From positions 30,070,001-30,134,000 of the forward strand of contig OZ076420.1 of NCBI GenBank assembly GCA_964187785.1: DNA of 64,000 bases, in the 5' to 3' direction. Below, one piece after another: positions 33,835-48,325 of the stretch. The stretch's first letter is position 1; the number at the start of each line of letters is the position of its first letter. A program made the translations under genes and the position numbers. The notes below the pieces were generated by a model. It searched no databases. It was not told the DNA's origin and saw nothing but the letters and a program-made list of their open reading frames with translations. Origin of the DNA: Amphiscolops sp. MND2022 (Eukaryota).

Positions 33835-36800
33835 TGGTGGCAAGAGACAACGAATCTCCAAACCATATCCCCGAGTATTTTACCGGACGAATCCCATCGT
33901 GAACCGCACTCAACCAATCCGCTCGTGATAACAAAGATCTCCTCGCAACGACATTAGATGCAACTTAACGCAACTTAACAAACTCCTCCAGTGGCCGTAC
34001 AAGACCCAATCAATAGACTAGCTGACGTCTTGACAAATCTCGAGAATCGTCCAACAGCCCAACAGCAAATCACTATTCGCCCAGTCAATTCCAAAACGAT
34101 GACTTTCGATGGCAAAAGCGAGAAATTTGAGCTGTTCGAGGACTTATTCCACGCGATGATCAAGATGCAGCCAGAAATGTCTGAACAAAAGAAATTCAAC
34201 CATTTTTACCCACGTCTTAGGAAGGGAGCACTTTAGACCTTCAGATGTACTAGTCATGTTCAGCCGAAAATACGTCAAACATGAATCTCAAGCGAATGCC
34301 AAACATGAATGGCACCGTTTGGTCTTTGACCCTAACTTGATGAAACTACCAGACTTCATCGAAGAGTTGAACCAGGGGCGGAGAATGCATTTGGAGACAA
34401 CGCACAAATGATTGGCAGCTTCGTCTACGCAAAACTGCCACCAAAACTAAAAAGATCAGTCAACATGGCCAAATTAGAAGATGGCTCTTACGTTACGACG
34501 AAATTGTTGTCCATCTCGAGAGGGAATTAGAGCATAACACCCTTGAGAAATCAGATGACCTGCCAATGGCTACAAGATCCTCCTCAACATCTAATCCTAA
34601 AACCCTTCTCTCCTATACACTACTATCCGATATCGTCTGAAGTTATGCAAGGAAACGGGCCATATGGTCAAATACTGTGAGAAGCTTAAGAAGGAGAAAG
34701 AAAAAGATGCCCAAAAAGGCAAACCAACTGAAAAGAAAACCTATCCTAAATGTGTAACTTGTGGCAAAACAAATCACCCTGAGGAATGATGTTGGCAAGG
34801 TGCAGGAGCACACCTCAAGCCTAAACGCAATAGGGCTGAAAACTCATCGGATAACAATCCAAATTCATAAGCGTAAAAATCGTGAAATAACTCCACATCG
34901 TCCAGATCCCAGTACTCATCAAAAAAGGACGATCCAAGAAACTAACTTCGCCACGACTCCAACACCACCAACTACTATCAGTTCGACAATTTGTCAGATC
35001 TGATCCTCCAAATACAGTCCTCCATGAATATCAACAACAGTTGATGGGGTGTATCCCTCTCTTATCTGGAAGGAACAATTTGTAAAAGCAACTCTCATCA
35101 CTTATAATAACACCCATTTGTACCAAAAACCATTTCTTATATGGGGCCCTGATTACACCACAAACTTTGCAACCCGATCCAGTTCCGTTCCCTTAACCGT
35201 TGACTACAACGCAACTACATCGATCCAGATTATGGCAGAGATCCCTACTGGGACACCGAAATCTATTACCGGGACTTGCTGCAATTCCAAGAAAACTAAG
35301 GCACTCATAGAAATTTGGCAAATGATTGATGGCTCCACCCATCAAGTGTTCCCTAACCCCTTGGGGACCGAGAAGATACAAGCTAACATTGAGCCAATGC
35401 CTCAATCGCTATTGGATGAAAAACAAATCCAGAACGTCCTTATCACTGCAGAAGGTGAGCCAGATTGTATACCACCTGATTGTATACCCACATCAACCTC
35501 AAATGCAAGAAACGCATGTTGTACTTCCCAATGGACTTTGTGGAAATAACCATAGACGGCCTAATCGACACGGGGGCATTGTCCAGTGCAAATCCTAAAA
35601 GGGACCTCCAAACAATCCGCTTACTTTTTCCACAATCAGTTGTCCGTAAGATCCGCTTCCGAATTTTCAACTAATGGTCTCTAATCGACAAACAGAAACT
35701 CCTAAAAGTACTGTTGAACTGAAATTTGATGTTGATGATATCGAGTTCTATGAAAACTTCATATTAATGGACAGTCTGACAGGACTGATAATTAGACTAT
35801 TGTTCCTTAGGAGAAACCATACAGTTCTGGATTTAAGGCGAGGCATTTTGAATTTCCCATTCGTTTCGATGCAGCTCAAAACAGCTGATCATCGATACTG
35901 TAATGCCCTTGAACCAATCATAATTCCAACTGAAATCACCATTCCACCAAAAGATAAATTCCTAATCAGGACAAATTCCCTGCTCTATCCAGAGAACGCA
36001 AAAACTGGCATCCTCCAGCCAAGTGACCTTCTACACGAAGAATGGGACATTTCATTTTGTCTACCGTTAGTCACATTGGCCGATGGCAACGTTCAAATAC
36101 CAGTGAATAGTTTCCAGAACCCCTATAAACTTAAGAAGGGACTGCATTTTGCTAACTTTTCATTCATGACGCCAGAACAGATGAAATATGTCAAACCGGT
36201 TGTCCCGGTGTCAACATGGCATCTACTACAAAATGACCAGGAGCAAGCAGTCCACAATGTCAGCAGTCTAATCAAGACAAACAAGAATCCTTACCTACTC
36301 CAGAGAATTCTGGAAACCCCGACGAACTCACGCCTATACAGAAAAGAATCCTACGGGAAATCACAGGCCCTACAAGACCTGGGGACACTGGTCCCACAAA
36401 AGATGAGGAATCCTGATCAAAATTCCCAGAAAACTGGAACGATTCCACTCTTGCGCCTGATGAAATAACGAAGTTTGAAGAATTACTAGCGGATTTCCAT
36501 GATATCTTTGCAAGACACCGATTTGACATCAGCATGAATGAGGAATTCAAGGTGAAATTGACACCTAGGGACATTTCCCCAGCTTACCGTCAAAGTCTTC
36601 CAGCACTGATCAACTTGAAAGAAAACATTCTCGTCGAACTATCCATGCTGCACAGATATGGCATAATCACCACACTTCCGTTTTATAAATATGCTAGTCC
36701 AATAATTGCACAAAAAAGCCTAATGGGAAACTCCGACTACCGGTAGACTTGAGAAAAATCAACAACTTAATATCGGACGATTATATAAATAGTATTCATC

Positions 36801-39800
36801 CCGCTAGTACCCTAACTGATGCTGCCCAGCTCATGGCACAGATAAAACTCTTTTGTAAACTGAATGTTCACAAGCATATCATTGCTAACAGATGGCTGAC
36901 CAACGCTCAATTGAGATGTTGGCGATCAACTTTGCTAGCCGCACATTTGCATATAGACGTTTAACACAAGGCCTTAGCCGGGCGCTGTCCGTATTCTCAA
37001 GTTTTATGTGAGAGAATACCTTGACAATGTCATCAATGCGGACCAATGTGCTCAATATGTGGACGACATCGGCATTGCGGCCAATGACGCTGACAACCTC
37101 ATTGTCAGCCTAAGAGCAAATTTCAAATGCATTCAGGATGCCTTATACTGTCGATGCACAAAGTTCATTTCGGTGCAACAGAAATTGTCTTCCTCGGACG
37201 AACCAACACCCCTCAATGCGCCAAACCCCAAAAGCAATATTTACTGAACAATCTTGTGAAGACCAACGTACCGAAGTCGAGTAAACTCTACAACGCTATT
37301 TGAGATTCTTGAATAATACCGAAATTAGGTCCCAAGACTGCCTGAACGCCTTGCCCCATTCTACAAGAGGCTCAAAAGAGATGAAAAGGTCCTAGTGTCT
37401 AAAGAATTGGTTCAACATTTTGAGGAAATTAATAAAGCATTAGACCATTGTTGCGACCTACCTCTCCAGCGACCTCTCCCTAACAAACAAATTTTCTTAA
37501 TGACGGACGCAAGTTTCGTTGCTGCATGGTAAGCAATCCTGATAGAAGACGACCCTAATCAAAAATTTACCTCACGCCGCAAGTCATACGCACCGGTGGC
37601 TTATAGTTTGAACACCTTTAACCCAGTCCGAATCAACATGTCTATTTATGCAAAAAAACTTCTGGCAATTTACTTCGCATTCAAAACATGTGAACGTTAT
37701 TTCTGGGGTGCACCGTAACCGATCATTATCCTGACTGACAACAAAACTGTGACACGATTTGTTCAAACAAAGATTGTACTTCCAGCCCTGTGGAACGCTT
37801 GTGACAATGTCATTCAATTCAACTTTGTCATAGCTCACATCCCAGCAGTCCAGAACACAGCGTCGGACTCCCTATCTTGTCTAGAAGCGGATCCGAAAAA
37901 CAAACTAGTCATGAAAAACCGCGAAGACGTACAAACCCTACCAGTCGAAATCAATGTTAAAGCAGCAAGACTATTCCAAGAAGAACAAATATTCTATACA
38001 ACGGATGAAGATGAAGCTGAAGAACAATACTGGGCGTGGAAAGAAGCAATTCGAAGAAGTCCCGCCACCACAGAATCAGCCAAAACAATTCAGTCACGTT
38101 TCTACAAATTTGATAAATTAGCAACCTGGGACACAAGTCTGAATACGGAAAAACTAACCGATCATTATCGAGCAATCTAAAGATGCAGTATTACAATTGA
38201 AGGCAAAACTCCTTCAAGAAGAATCCTCAGACAACGTACTGCAACAAGATGCCCGATATCGACATTACGCTAACAATTTAGAGCGAACTTTAGTAAAGGA
38301 AGACATCTTAACTCGGTAATTTTTTAATGAAACGGGGAAGGTGAAACACCATCAGATACTTCTCTCGCAACACTTACTCCAGGAATTGCTTCAGTACCTT
38401 CACCCTGGTATATCGAAAATGTTCCTGGAGATAAGACAAAGGTATTATTACCCTAGCATGGCCAAACATGTTAAAAGGTGGGTAGAATGTTGCAAACATT
38501 GCGCAAAGGACAAAAAAGTCCCCAATGCAACAATCACGCCTGAACTACTCAACTTACCGGATTGGTACCATGGACTGCCGAATCTATCAAGTGGAGGATA
38601 TGAAAATGACCTAACAGCAATTGACGTCTTTTCACGATATCCTTTTGCTTATCGTCTTACAGATGCTTCTAACAAACCATCGAGCAAAAGTTATCATTGA
38701 CATGATGACCAAACATGCATATCTACCAACAACGCTGGTTAGAGACAAAGGAACTGCGTTCACGTCCACGATCATTGCAGAAATTGCATAAATACTTGCC
38801 GCTTGGAGTTCTGAACCATAAAACAAGTTATCAGTGCAAGTATCGACTGCGAACCAACGCGAGTAATTCACGGCCGCATTCCTCACAATATCTTTGACCA
38901 TGAACTTGGAAATAATTCAAACGAGCAAATTAGCAAATTACACCTTCAACTGAATTTGCTGAAGAAACACAAAATCGAACATAACACCTAATTGACTAAA
39001 CAAAGCAAAATATCATTCACTTCTATCTCAAATACAAGAAGTGTTACGACCGAAAAGCGAAAGCAGCTCCATTCAAATAGAAAGATTATTGTTTTGTGTT
39101 ACAACCCGAAGCTGATCACCAAGGGTCGAAAATCCCGAAATACAAAAAGTTTTACCTAGGGAAAGCTATTATGTAAGCCGACTCAACACGAATGTAAATC
39201 ACATTTTGCACCGTATTCGACTCAAGATATTTGTTCCCAATCAACCGTTTGAAAAAAGATTACAGCTGGATGAGAAATTTATCGTTCCGCAAGATGATCT
39301 GTTTACAATAACGGGGAAACAAATTTTGGTGATCTGTTAGAAACGCGAGGTAATGGACCTATTCCGACTCAATTGCCGAACGGCGAACAGCCGGGCACGT
39401 CAAACGACGAACCAAATGACGCAGACGAGAATGAAGCTGATTATGTAACAACACGAGACGGTCTGATTGACGTCAACGATGCAGCGCACTGTCGTATTGA
39501 AAGATCAATTGATGACGTTAACAAAAGAAACGAAGCTGATGAATACGCAAGGAATGAAAGACGTGATTGGCCGAATTCGGCCGTTTACCCCACAGTCAAG
39601 AAAAGTCTTTGCCGGATTTGTCCAAGGGACATGAAAATGATGTAAATCTTACGGAAGAAAACTCTTCAAATGGAAAGGATGCACAAGATTATCCATACAG
39701 GGAGGATGATATTATCCGAAATATTACAAAACGAAGAGAGAAATGAACGTCTGAGCCCGAGAGGAGGGCAAAAAAACCTCAGACCTAACCCCAACCCAAA

Positions 39801-39825
39801 CTACTGAGATGTCTTCAGTTACTAA
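33278..39825 (+). pseudogene. Element B gag-pol, many stops and frameshifts
   Basis: MPTTRKQKKA start in the LTR; FDGKSEKFELFEDLF; CVTCGKTNHPEE; IDTGALSSA; QYVDDIGI; integrase HPGISKM; ends NLRPNPNPNY. Confidence 0.9.
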
Positions 39826-40074
39826 GAATTGAATTGTCCCCGAAATTTGGAGTTCTTTTCTTTTTATCTTTTGTTTTTAATTTCTTTCTGGTTTCTTTTG
39901 AATAATATAAGGACAACGGAGGAAACAATCCCGCTCAAGCAAAAAACATGGGGAGCGCAACAAAGAATGGATAAATACAAAGAGAAACTAGTAGCAAATA
40001 AACACAACGAGATCAAAGAAAATGAACAAACAAAGTTCGCAGTTCGAAAGTGTCCAAAAATACATATGTACAGC

Positions 40075-43000
40075 TTAGGATTCAGAGGAACCTCGAGCGG
40101 GACCAATGGCGACGGAAGAAGTTAATGAGCCAGAACCACCACTTGCTGATCGTCTCTTTTTGGACCTGCTAGGGACAGATTGCACGGGTTTGTCAACGGT
40201 ACCTGAAGTCTTTGTTGCATCCGTACGTTCAACGCTAATTTTGGGCCCAGCGATAAATGCTCTGTTGTACGACAATAAAGATTTATAAATTCGGGATCGG
40301 CCAAAAATATTGAAGAAAGTCCAGGGATCATAATCATCGGCAAAGGCAGACCGGCCGAAATCCGCAGACAAAAGGCAAAACTGGGATTAACTCGCCTCAC
40401 TACTGCAGTGACCGACAGAACCAGTCACTCCAACCATGTAGCTTTGTTCTGGAAGCATTACGTCGGTAAAACGTTCTCTGTAGTCTGTTGTTTCTATACT
40501 GCGCACAAGAATGGGTGGGAACTGAGGGCTGGGTGAGGTACAGCAAAGGCAACTCAGCTTAAATGAATACAACAAACGAGACCGGCCACGTGGGAAATCG
40601 AGGTGCATTAACAATGTAATTAGATCCGGTGAAGATTCTGTAGAGTTAAAATCTGGAGGATAAGCAGACCGATGATGGTCCAAAGGCACCAAATTTTAAT
40701 ACCGATATGCTGGTTCGTCTGCGCTAGTCACCCAAGAACGCAATAAGCGCCTCAAATGTCGGAGGGGAACTTCAGTGGGCCGTTTCAAGAAGATAAAAGG
40801 ATCAAGTGCTGCTAGACCTTTAAGGATGTCCATGGTATGCCCAGATTGGCGAAGAACCTCATCGAGCAGGTAGCTGATGTAACGAAGTCCACTGGTAACA
40901 AAGTCTGCCTTCACGGTATCAGCTGTATTTTGAATAGTGGCCTGAGTTGCCCCGGTAATTGAATGGATGTCATCTGTCTTTTCAATACTTGCCGAATTGA
41001 CCTTGTTTGTTAGCTTCTGGCGGAAGAGAAACTCGTCTATTTCCATGTATTTCCCGTCGGACGTTTTGAACCCGAATAGAAGGATCCAAGCGTTCTCAAG
41101 AAACTCGGTGTCGGATGTGAAGCATCAGAAGCACAATTTGTGGATAGAACAACATACTTCCCCACATAGGTAGAAAGACGCATCACGTCTCTGCGGCAAG
41201 CTGACTGAGAAGCTTGTTACATCTACAAAACAAGACAAATGACCGAAAACAGGCATGTAACTTAGGAAAGTTACAAACAACTCAGAAAGAATCGAACAAT
41301 CATTGATGATTTGTCGGAAGAACTTCCATTTGACAACGAAGAATTTGTCCCATTCGAAGCTTTGGGCCTAAAACAAAATGAATCATAGTCCGAAGTACCC
41401 CAAAACGGAAACATTTGGGGCGGAAATTGTAAACAACTATGGGTGGAATTTAAATGAAAGGAAGATTGAGCAAGCTGAGAAGGGATGAAGAGACTAGGCA
41501 AACTCAGATGAAGAACTTACTCGGCTGTGGACTCCTTGACCTTTCTGTCAAGGGGCGTGTTTGGTGAGGTATTGCACAAACTGCTTCCATTGGGAGATCA
41601 GTTCTCGACAAAGACCTGGCAATGGTAGAGGCAAGGGGATTTTAAGACCCAAGCTTCGCTAAAGGAGATGCCCAGAAAGACTAACAGTGCCTGGAGGACT
41701 GATAAAAATGCACCAGTGTTGGTGCTTCTGCACCAGTGTTGAAAAGTTCAGGCTGTGGAACCTGATGCACATCTTAATACCTCGTATGAAGAATGAACTT
41801 TGGTTGAGTGTCTGGATCAAGTTGACTGGGCACCCCGAGCAAGCAACGATGCCTGTTTGGATGGATGTTATAGATAGCAGACTAGCCAAAGAGCCTAGCT
41901 CACCTGCTAGTTCTGTAAAAGGCAGCGCGCTCCGGCATATGAAATCCCGACACAGCTCATTGTTTTTCCAAACTCGCACTACCATGACCTTGAAGGTGTT
42001 CTTGTCTTCAAATTCAACAAAGAAACGCTGCTCGTTAGCAACCTGTTCTGCAACGTCATCCATAGCTCGGGAAAAGTAAAGTTGGAAAATACACCTTCAT
42101 GTACGGGAGCGAATACACCTTTATGTACCAACTCAAGATTAGCACTTGAAAACCTGTGTGACTAATACTTACTGATAACCTCTCTTACCCCCAATCGAAA
42201 CCGCAGAGTGAAGTCTGGTAGTTTGTGAAGGAACTGAGTCGTGCCTACAGAATTCGCAGCAGCAATAGATTACCTTGATCCTCAATGAAGTCCGCAATGA
42301 TGCACAGTTGAGTCTTAGCAAGAGACTCGGGTGTGACCAGGGCAGTTGTATGGCCTTCTGTGAAATCCTCATAAAAAGACGTTTTTCCCCAAATTTCCAC
42401 GACTTCTGCGTGGATGAACTTTGGCAACTTATCTGCAAGCTTCACTTTATTGACAATCTTCCCATCACGTCCTCTGACCCTGTGTTGGACTTTTTCTGTG
42501 ACGAGGTCGACTGACGTAAGATGCTCATAACACCACTTTTGTTCCCTGCGCAAATGCTTCTCACTTCTATGGTGGCGCAATATTTCCAACGTTCCTTTAG
42601 TCGAGTTCCTTTTCCAACAAACCATGAGAGGGTTATGAACTGGGACCGCAGGACCAGAAATGGAAGACCTTGTCCATCCAATCTTCTTAAAGAGCTCCTC
42701 CCGCATGGGGACCCCTCCTTGTGGCATTCTCTTGGTCCCTTTTGCCTCCTTGTGTCTGGGCTCCTCATGAGTTTGCTCAGTTCGGGTCTGATCTCGTATT
42801 TCGGACAGAGTTACATCCTGGCTGGTAATTTCTGATGTCTCAAGTTCCTCTGTTTCTTCTGTTGGGATTTGGGCTGTGGCAGATGAGGCAATTAGGCCTG
42901 TTGTGGTGGATCTCTTGAAAGAGGCCGAGATTAGTGCCATTTCAGTTGCCCCATCGCTCTCATCACTGCAAGTAGTGCCTCTTCTTCCTTCTCTGGCGCC

Positions 43001-44143
43001 AGTATCTGCAGAAGATTTTGAATCAGTATCTGAATCAAAACTGGCATCAGTGACCTCTCCACGCTTTGGGGTTTGAGCCCGGTTTCTCACTTTGAAGTGA
43101 TCAGTGTGTTATTGCGAAGTGATAGGAGCTCCTTTTAATGCATCTAGGAACACTCGCTCCATGGTATTGTATGTCTCGCTCATAGTCTCATTGATGAGGA
43201 TCTTGAGGAGATGGTACAACTGGCGCTCAGTGAAAACGACTGTCGGATGTCCAACTGGGAAGATTAAGGCTTCAGTCGTTTCAAAATACGCCTTCAGGAG
43301 GGCCCTGCTCTTTCCAAAACGTTCATGCAATTTAGGTTTGTTTGACTGAGTAGCTGATGTCCATGGTCCAATTGAGCCACTTTGATAGGGGACAAAACCA
43401 GATTCGTCCCCTCCCTGCGTCCCCGATTCTGCTTCCTGGGGGACTCCTGCATGTAAGAGTTAACAATTTGACTCTCAACGTCGCCCATCTGCTCTCCCGC
43501 ACTTGGATTGGTCAAAAATGTGACGTTACTGTTCCCACTTGGTAAAGGAGGGCATCACACACGGATGAGGTCGAGTCATCTTCCGGCTGGGTATGCGAGC
43601 TTGCTGTCCTTACCTCAGTGGTACCGTGAGCTGGTGGTAACTTTGGTAAATGGTTCCTGTTGTTAGTGGCAATTTGCAAGATAGACTCAGTTATAGTTAG
43701 GTTGATATTGCCTTCCTCGAGTGGAAGTCCGGAAGTAGGGGTGCTTGTCCTGGTACGCCACTCAGTCCTTGAGTGGGTGGGAGCCAACTCAGGGCTGACT
43801 GAACGTTAATTGTCATCAGACATCTCTTCTCCAGACTCCTCTTGTATAGCTGCCTGGGCCTTTTCCATGATGCTGACATTGCGTCTGCAAAGACATTCAC
43901 ATCTGTGTCGCTCTCAACACTGGCTGGAAAACAGACCGGCAACCCGTGTGCCTGGAATACGGACTCTACCCGATATCTCAGTAGTAGAAGCATTAGTCGG
44001 GAGAAAAAGCGGTGGAAAGCAGATCTTGTGTTGAGCTGTTGAAGAACTCGGGTTTGGATCTGGTCTCTGTGAGTTCTCTGTACTGTTTATCTAAACAGAA
44101 GGGAATGAAGTTTGGCGGTGTGCTTCCGTGAAAAAAATCAAGT
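40075..44143 (-). pseudogene. Element B copy of the antisense hAT-like cargo gene (decayed, introns retained)
   Basis: Homologous blocks DFFHGSTPPNFIPF, GHPTVVFTERQL, EILRHHRSEKHLRREQKW, YLTKHAP and LKGLAALDP. Donor GTAAGT at 42172; introns at 41520-41368 and 41297-41223. Confidence 0.85.
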
Positions 44144-45059
44144 TTACCGCCTTTGAAACTTTCCGGAAGTATGTTTTGACTTAATCAAAACGTGTCAACA
44201 CGTGAAACATGAAGAAAACAGGAAGCGTTTTTGAACAAAATTCAGCCCTGATCAAGTTGAAATAGTTCAAAAAGATTAAAATCCAGTGCAACCTGAGCTC
44301 GAAAACATTCTGCTGGGGAGTAGTCCGTTGGAAAATGCCGTTGGTAGGCTGGCAGATGATTGGAGAAATGGCCGGGTTCGGCTAAAGAGGAAAGATGCTG
44401 GACTGGTCCAGAGAAGTTGAAGTCAGCAGCAGGAGTTGAAGACAGTGGAAAGCGAAAAAAATGGAGTCGCAGATGTAACGAACATATATTGCAATTAAAG
44501 GAATTGGAAAGAATAAACAAAAGTTGAGAAGTTGGAGTTCGTGGCTGATGAAAATCACCAGACTAATATTTCGCGGTTATTTACAAATTTGAAACGTGCA
44601 TGGACTCTGCCAGCGAAATGTACAAGATGAATATCTCCATTTAGAAATTAGTTAATTAGTGCCAATTAAGGACGATTTACCTTGTTTCGTTATACCGTTG
44701 CACTCCTTTTACCCTCATTAGTTACTAGTTAGAATTTTTGCCACTTTAAATTATTTTGAATTATCTTTTGTTTTCATTTTTCAATCATATCGATAAACGG
44801 TTTTTATTGGCTGAAGCAATTTTGAGAAAATGATGCGACGCACGCCGTTCATTGCCAACAAGCGCGCTGTTAATTTCCCACTCATTACGATACATATGCC
44901 ACAACGAACTAGCAAGATCTTGCTAAATTAATTAACAGCCAATAAACGCGTCCTTATTCTTGTGATATGCGTTACGAGTTTTGCTCGATGCAGTATGTGA
45001 TTTGGCGTTACGCGTAATGATCAAAATACACTAAATGACTACCTTACATTCTCTACAAT

Positions 45060-45390
45060 TCCTTACTTTGACTGGTTTCCATTTCACACACGAAAAGAAG
45101 CATCGTTCGATGTTAGTTTTACTCACGGTGTGTACCAAAATTCTGATTACACTCTGCATCACAACCCGCGATGAACACAAGGCACTGTTTGACTAGAATA
45201 CTGTTCACTCTCGTTTTACGGAAAAACAGTGTACACTTGATGTTAATTTTCACTTTTGGGCGAATGTATCGTAATGCTTGAGCCAAGTCTATTTGATGAG
45301 GACTTTCACACCTCCCCTGAAAAGAATGTTCATGAAGGGTAAACATATGAAATTCAAAGGATGGCGACAGCTGTAGGAATTCCATTCAGG
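45060..45390. repeat. Unclassified interspersed repeat nested in element B; second copy at ~49020-49260
   Basis: Shared ACTCACGGTGTG...CTGATTACACT...GCACTGTTTGACTAGAATAC...CTCGTTTTACGGAAAA. Not seen in element A. Confidence 0.65.
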
Positions 45391-45594
45391 AAGGTTTACG
45401 CCGACATGGGATAATTTACCGGTTTCAACTGCCAAATTGAAATTACCGGGAAAATCCCTATCTCGACTTGAGGCAGAATTACCAGCAGTATCATTCCACC
45501 CAGAACTCTGACAGTATTTAGTTGCCTCTAGCAGATCAAAATTGCTAGAAAGCCAATAGTGGAAAATTTTAATTTCTCAAGAAGATTCTTTGAT

Positions 45595-46345
45595 ATGGAC
45601 GAATTTAGCTCGAAAAGCTCTCAAAATTCATTAATATACGTCTCCAGCAGCGAGGAGGAACTCTCAGACGGCTGGGTCTCGGATTGTTTGACTGACACAG
45701 AACAGCTAGTGGCATGAATCGAGAAAGAAGAAATGGCGAGCCCAAAGCTGATCGGTTGCAGAGTCATGATGACCTGGAGTGTAGAGGAAAAAGGGTCGCA
45801 GGACCAAATACAACATTGCGAAGTACGTCCGCTACCCTCAAACAGGGAAAGGAATACTTTGATGAGAAGCTCTGATACGCCCCTCACAGAGGAAATACGA
45901 AAACAAGGATCGATCTTTGTAAGTCCCTTTTACCAGTTCCTGACTCGCACATGTCTCTGCCCCCACACAAGAAAGGACCCTCAGAGGAAACGCCGCTGCC
46001 TCCCAAAGTTAGTGCTGAGTTTAGGGCGTCATTCCATATTCAAAGTGCCGCCCCATACGACTATTTGAGAACTGAAAGGTACAGCAGCTGTATGGTGTGC
46101 GGGAGGTCTGTGGATGCGATAAAAAGGGAGAGAGTGGACTGGTATATGGAGAGATCTACGCCCAGGGACAAACCTGAGTCAATTATTAAATTGAGACGGG
46201 AGGCCTACTTGAATGGACTAAATGCCGGATCTTTTTTTTCCTGGCACCCGCAGTGTTGCCGGCTGCCGCCTGTGACGAAACGAGAACAACAACGACATCA
46301 ATTGGGAAACAAATCGCACCCGGAATTTTGCTCATCTTCTGGGGT
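45595..46345 (+). pseudogene. Element B ORF-Z homologue, frameshifted, extending into the 3' LTR
   Basis: CMVCGRS...RREAYLNGLNAG, then after a frameshift in a T-run LAPAVLPAAACDE...APG. Confidence 0.7.
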
Positions 46346-48063
46346 AAACCTTACCCAGCAATCAGACAAACTAAAAATTTTTACACTAATAAGCAAACTT
46401 TTCATTTTAGATTTTGCTACTTTCATAGATTTTTGTTGGATTTAAACATTTAGATTAGTCTGTTATATTTTACGATTTGAGGTGTTCAAATCAAGAAACC
46501 AAATCTATTGAAGCTGCAATGTATGTAAGTTGAAATGGAAAAAAACTGTGATGAAAAATAATCAACAGAAAGGAAACGTGTTCAAGTGCGGAAACGTCCT
46601 TCTCGGCAGCTTTGCTTACAGTTAAGAAATTAGCCAATGAGAATGTAGTATATATAATTTGTTGGTACGCAGCATTTTTCAATATGCCGGTTAGGGCCAA
46701 TTGACCAATTAAGTTTGCAACTCTTATGACGCAAGTCAAACGGGCTATTCCGGCCAATACTGGTCCTATTTATACGGAATGCTTTACTTAACCAATAAAG
46801 ATGCGCCTTTAATAAGAAAGGATTCAATGGCTTCTTTCATACATATTAGTACTTAGTAATAAAAATAATAATCTGTTGCCCATTGATGCTAAACATACCG
46901 TGTACCGGCTCTTGGAGCCATTCTGACAGAAATGTCAGGTTTGGATTTTAGTCAAAAGGCCCTTTCCGGCCACCATGAAATAGATGTTTCTTTACATGAA
47001 AAATAACTGTTACAGTGCTAAATGAAACATTTCAAAAAAAATCCAGCCTGCATCAGTAGGCACGTGCTTGCAAAGGAATGTTCACATTCCTGTAATTCTG
47101 ACCGCAACATGATTCTTTGATGTGTTGTTGACATTTATCAATGTTTGAAGTTCCGTCCATGGAAATATTTAGAATGTCACGTGTAAAACTGACTCTCATT
47201 CCTTTATCACGCTGACATGGGATTCATGCCCTAGCCTGACGCTTTTAAAGGATCTGCTTTGAAGTATCTATGATCTTCAGTACAACTAAAATTTGGAACG
47301 TTGACTTGTTTTTCCAATCATGTAAAAAAGGTGAGTGTCGTGCTGACGGGAGTATTAATAGCCCTTACTCCCCGAAATTGACACAATTGTTACAAACATC
47401 ATTAAGTTTAAACCGAATCGTAACTTGTTTTGGAAATGACTTAGATTAGAATAATTTACTATATACAATCGGATTTTCTTGATGCCTACCACAAGGAAGC
47501 AAAAGAAAGCCAAAATAAAGTCTAGAGAATCAAATATGTTATCTAGTATTGAGAATCTTGATATAATGTTAGGAGGAAATAACGTAGAGAGAGAGAGAGA
47601 GGAAAGCGAGTCTAGTAACGTTGGCAGAAGGCCTGATAGTCCTAGTTACAATACTTTGATGAACCAGAACACTAATTCTCACTCTATCTCACACAATGTT
47701 GAAATTAGAACTTATGCCCAAAAGGGCCGAAGTTTGAGGGAAACTGATTCTAACAGTGAGTTTGAAAGACTGTCAGGAGAAATGAATCAAGAAATCACAC
47801 ACGAGATGGGTGATTTTATGAGCATTGTAAGCTCCCTGATCCAAAGAGCCAAAAACGAAGCTTTAAGTGATCACATTATGCTTCAGATCCAAGCTACATT
47901 AAGTCCGGACAGGGACAGGTGCCTGAAAGAAGATGGAAGATTCAAGTTAGATGACAGGGGGACAGACCTTAAGACGCCTTAATCCGTTGATTCAGAAGCA
48001 ATTCAAGAGACGAGTTTCCTAGGTTCCCAAATAGGAACGAAGACCTAGAAAGCACTCACAACA
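46254..48063 (+). repeat. Element B 3' LTR (1810 bp), containing a Gag-N ORF (ATG 47482)
   Basis: Runs TGTTGCCGGCTGCCGCCTGTGACG...CACTCACAACA, followed by TSD GCACT. Confidence 0.9.
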
Positions 48064-48325
48064 GCACTATATAATAATAACTTTTTCTTTCAACTCGAAA
48101 GTTCATTCTTAGTATCTTTTTTCTATAAGAATTATGTATTCATAAGTTGAACAACAAAATACCAGGTACTTCTTCTGAGCATCAGACAAAATAGACAGTT
48201 ATTGAAAGGGTTCAGCGTCAGTTCATGTTTTTGAAAATCCTGTAAATAATTTTTTTCGCCAGAAAGTCATTACAAGTACAAGGATTTCAAAAACTCTTTA
48301 AAAGTTTTTTCTAACTCATCTATTA

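Larger units (their letters stand above)
32056..48063 (+). mobile_element. Element B: old, decayed full-length 16,008 bp member of the same Gypsy family
   Basis: TG...CA LTRs at 32056-33834 and 46254-48063; TSD GCACT (32051-32055 and 48064-48068); PBS TGGTGGCAAGAG at 33835; same gene order as element A. Confidence 0.93.
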
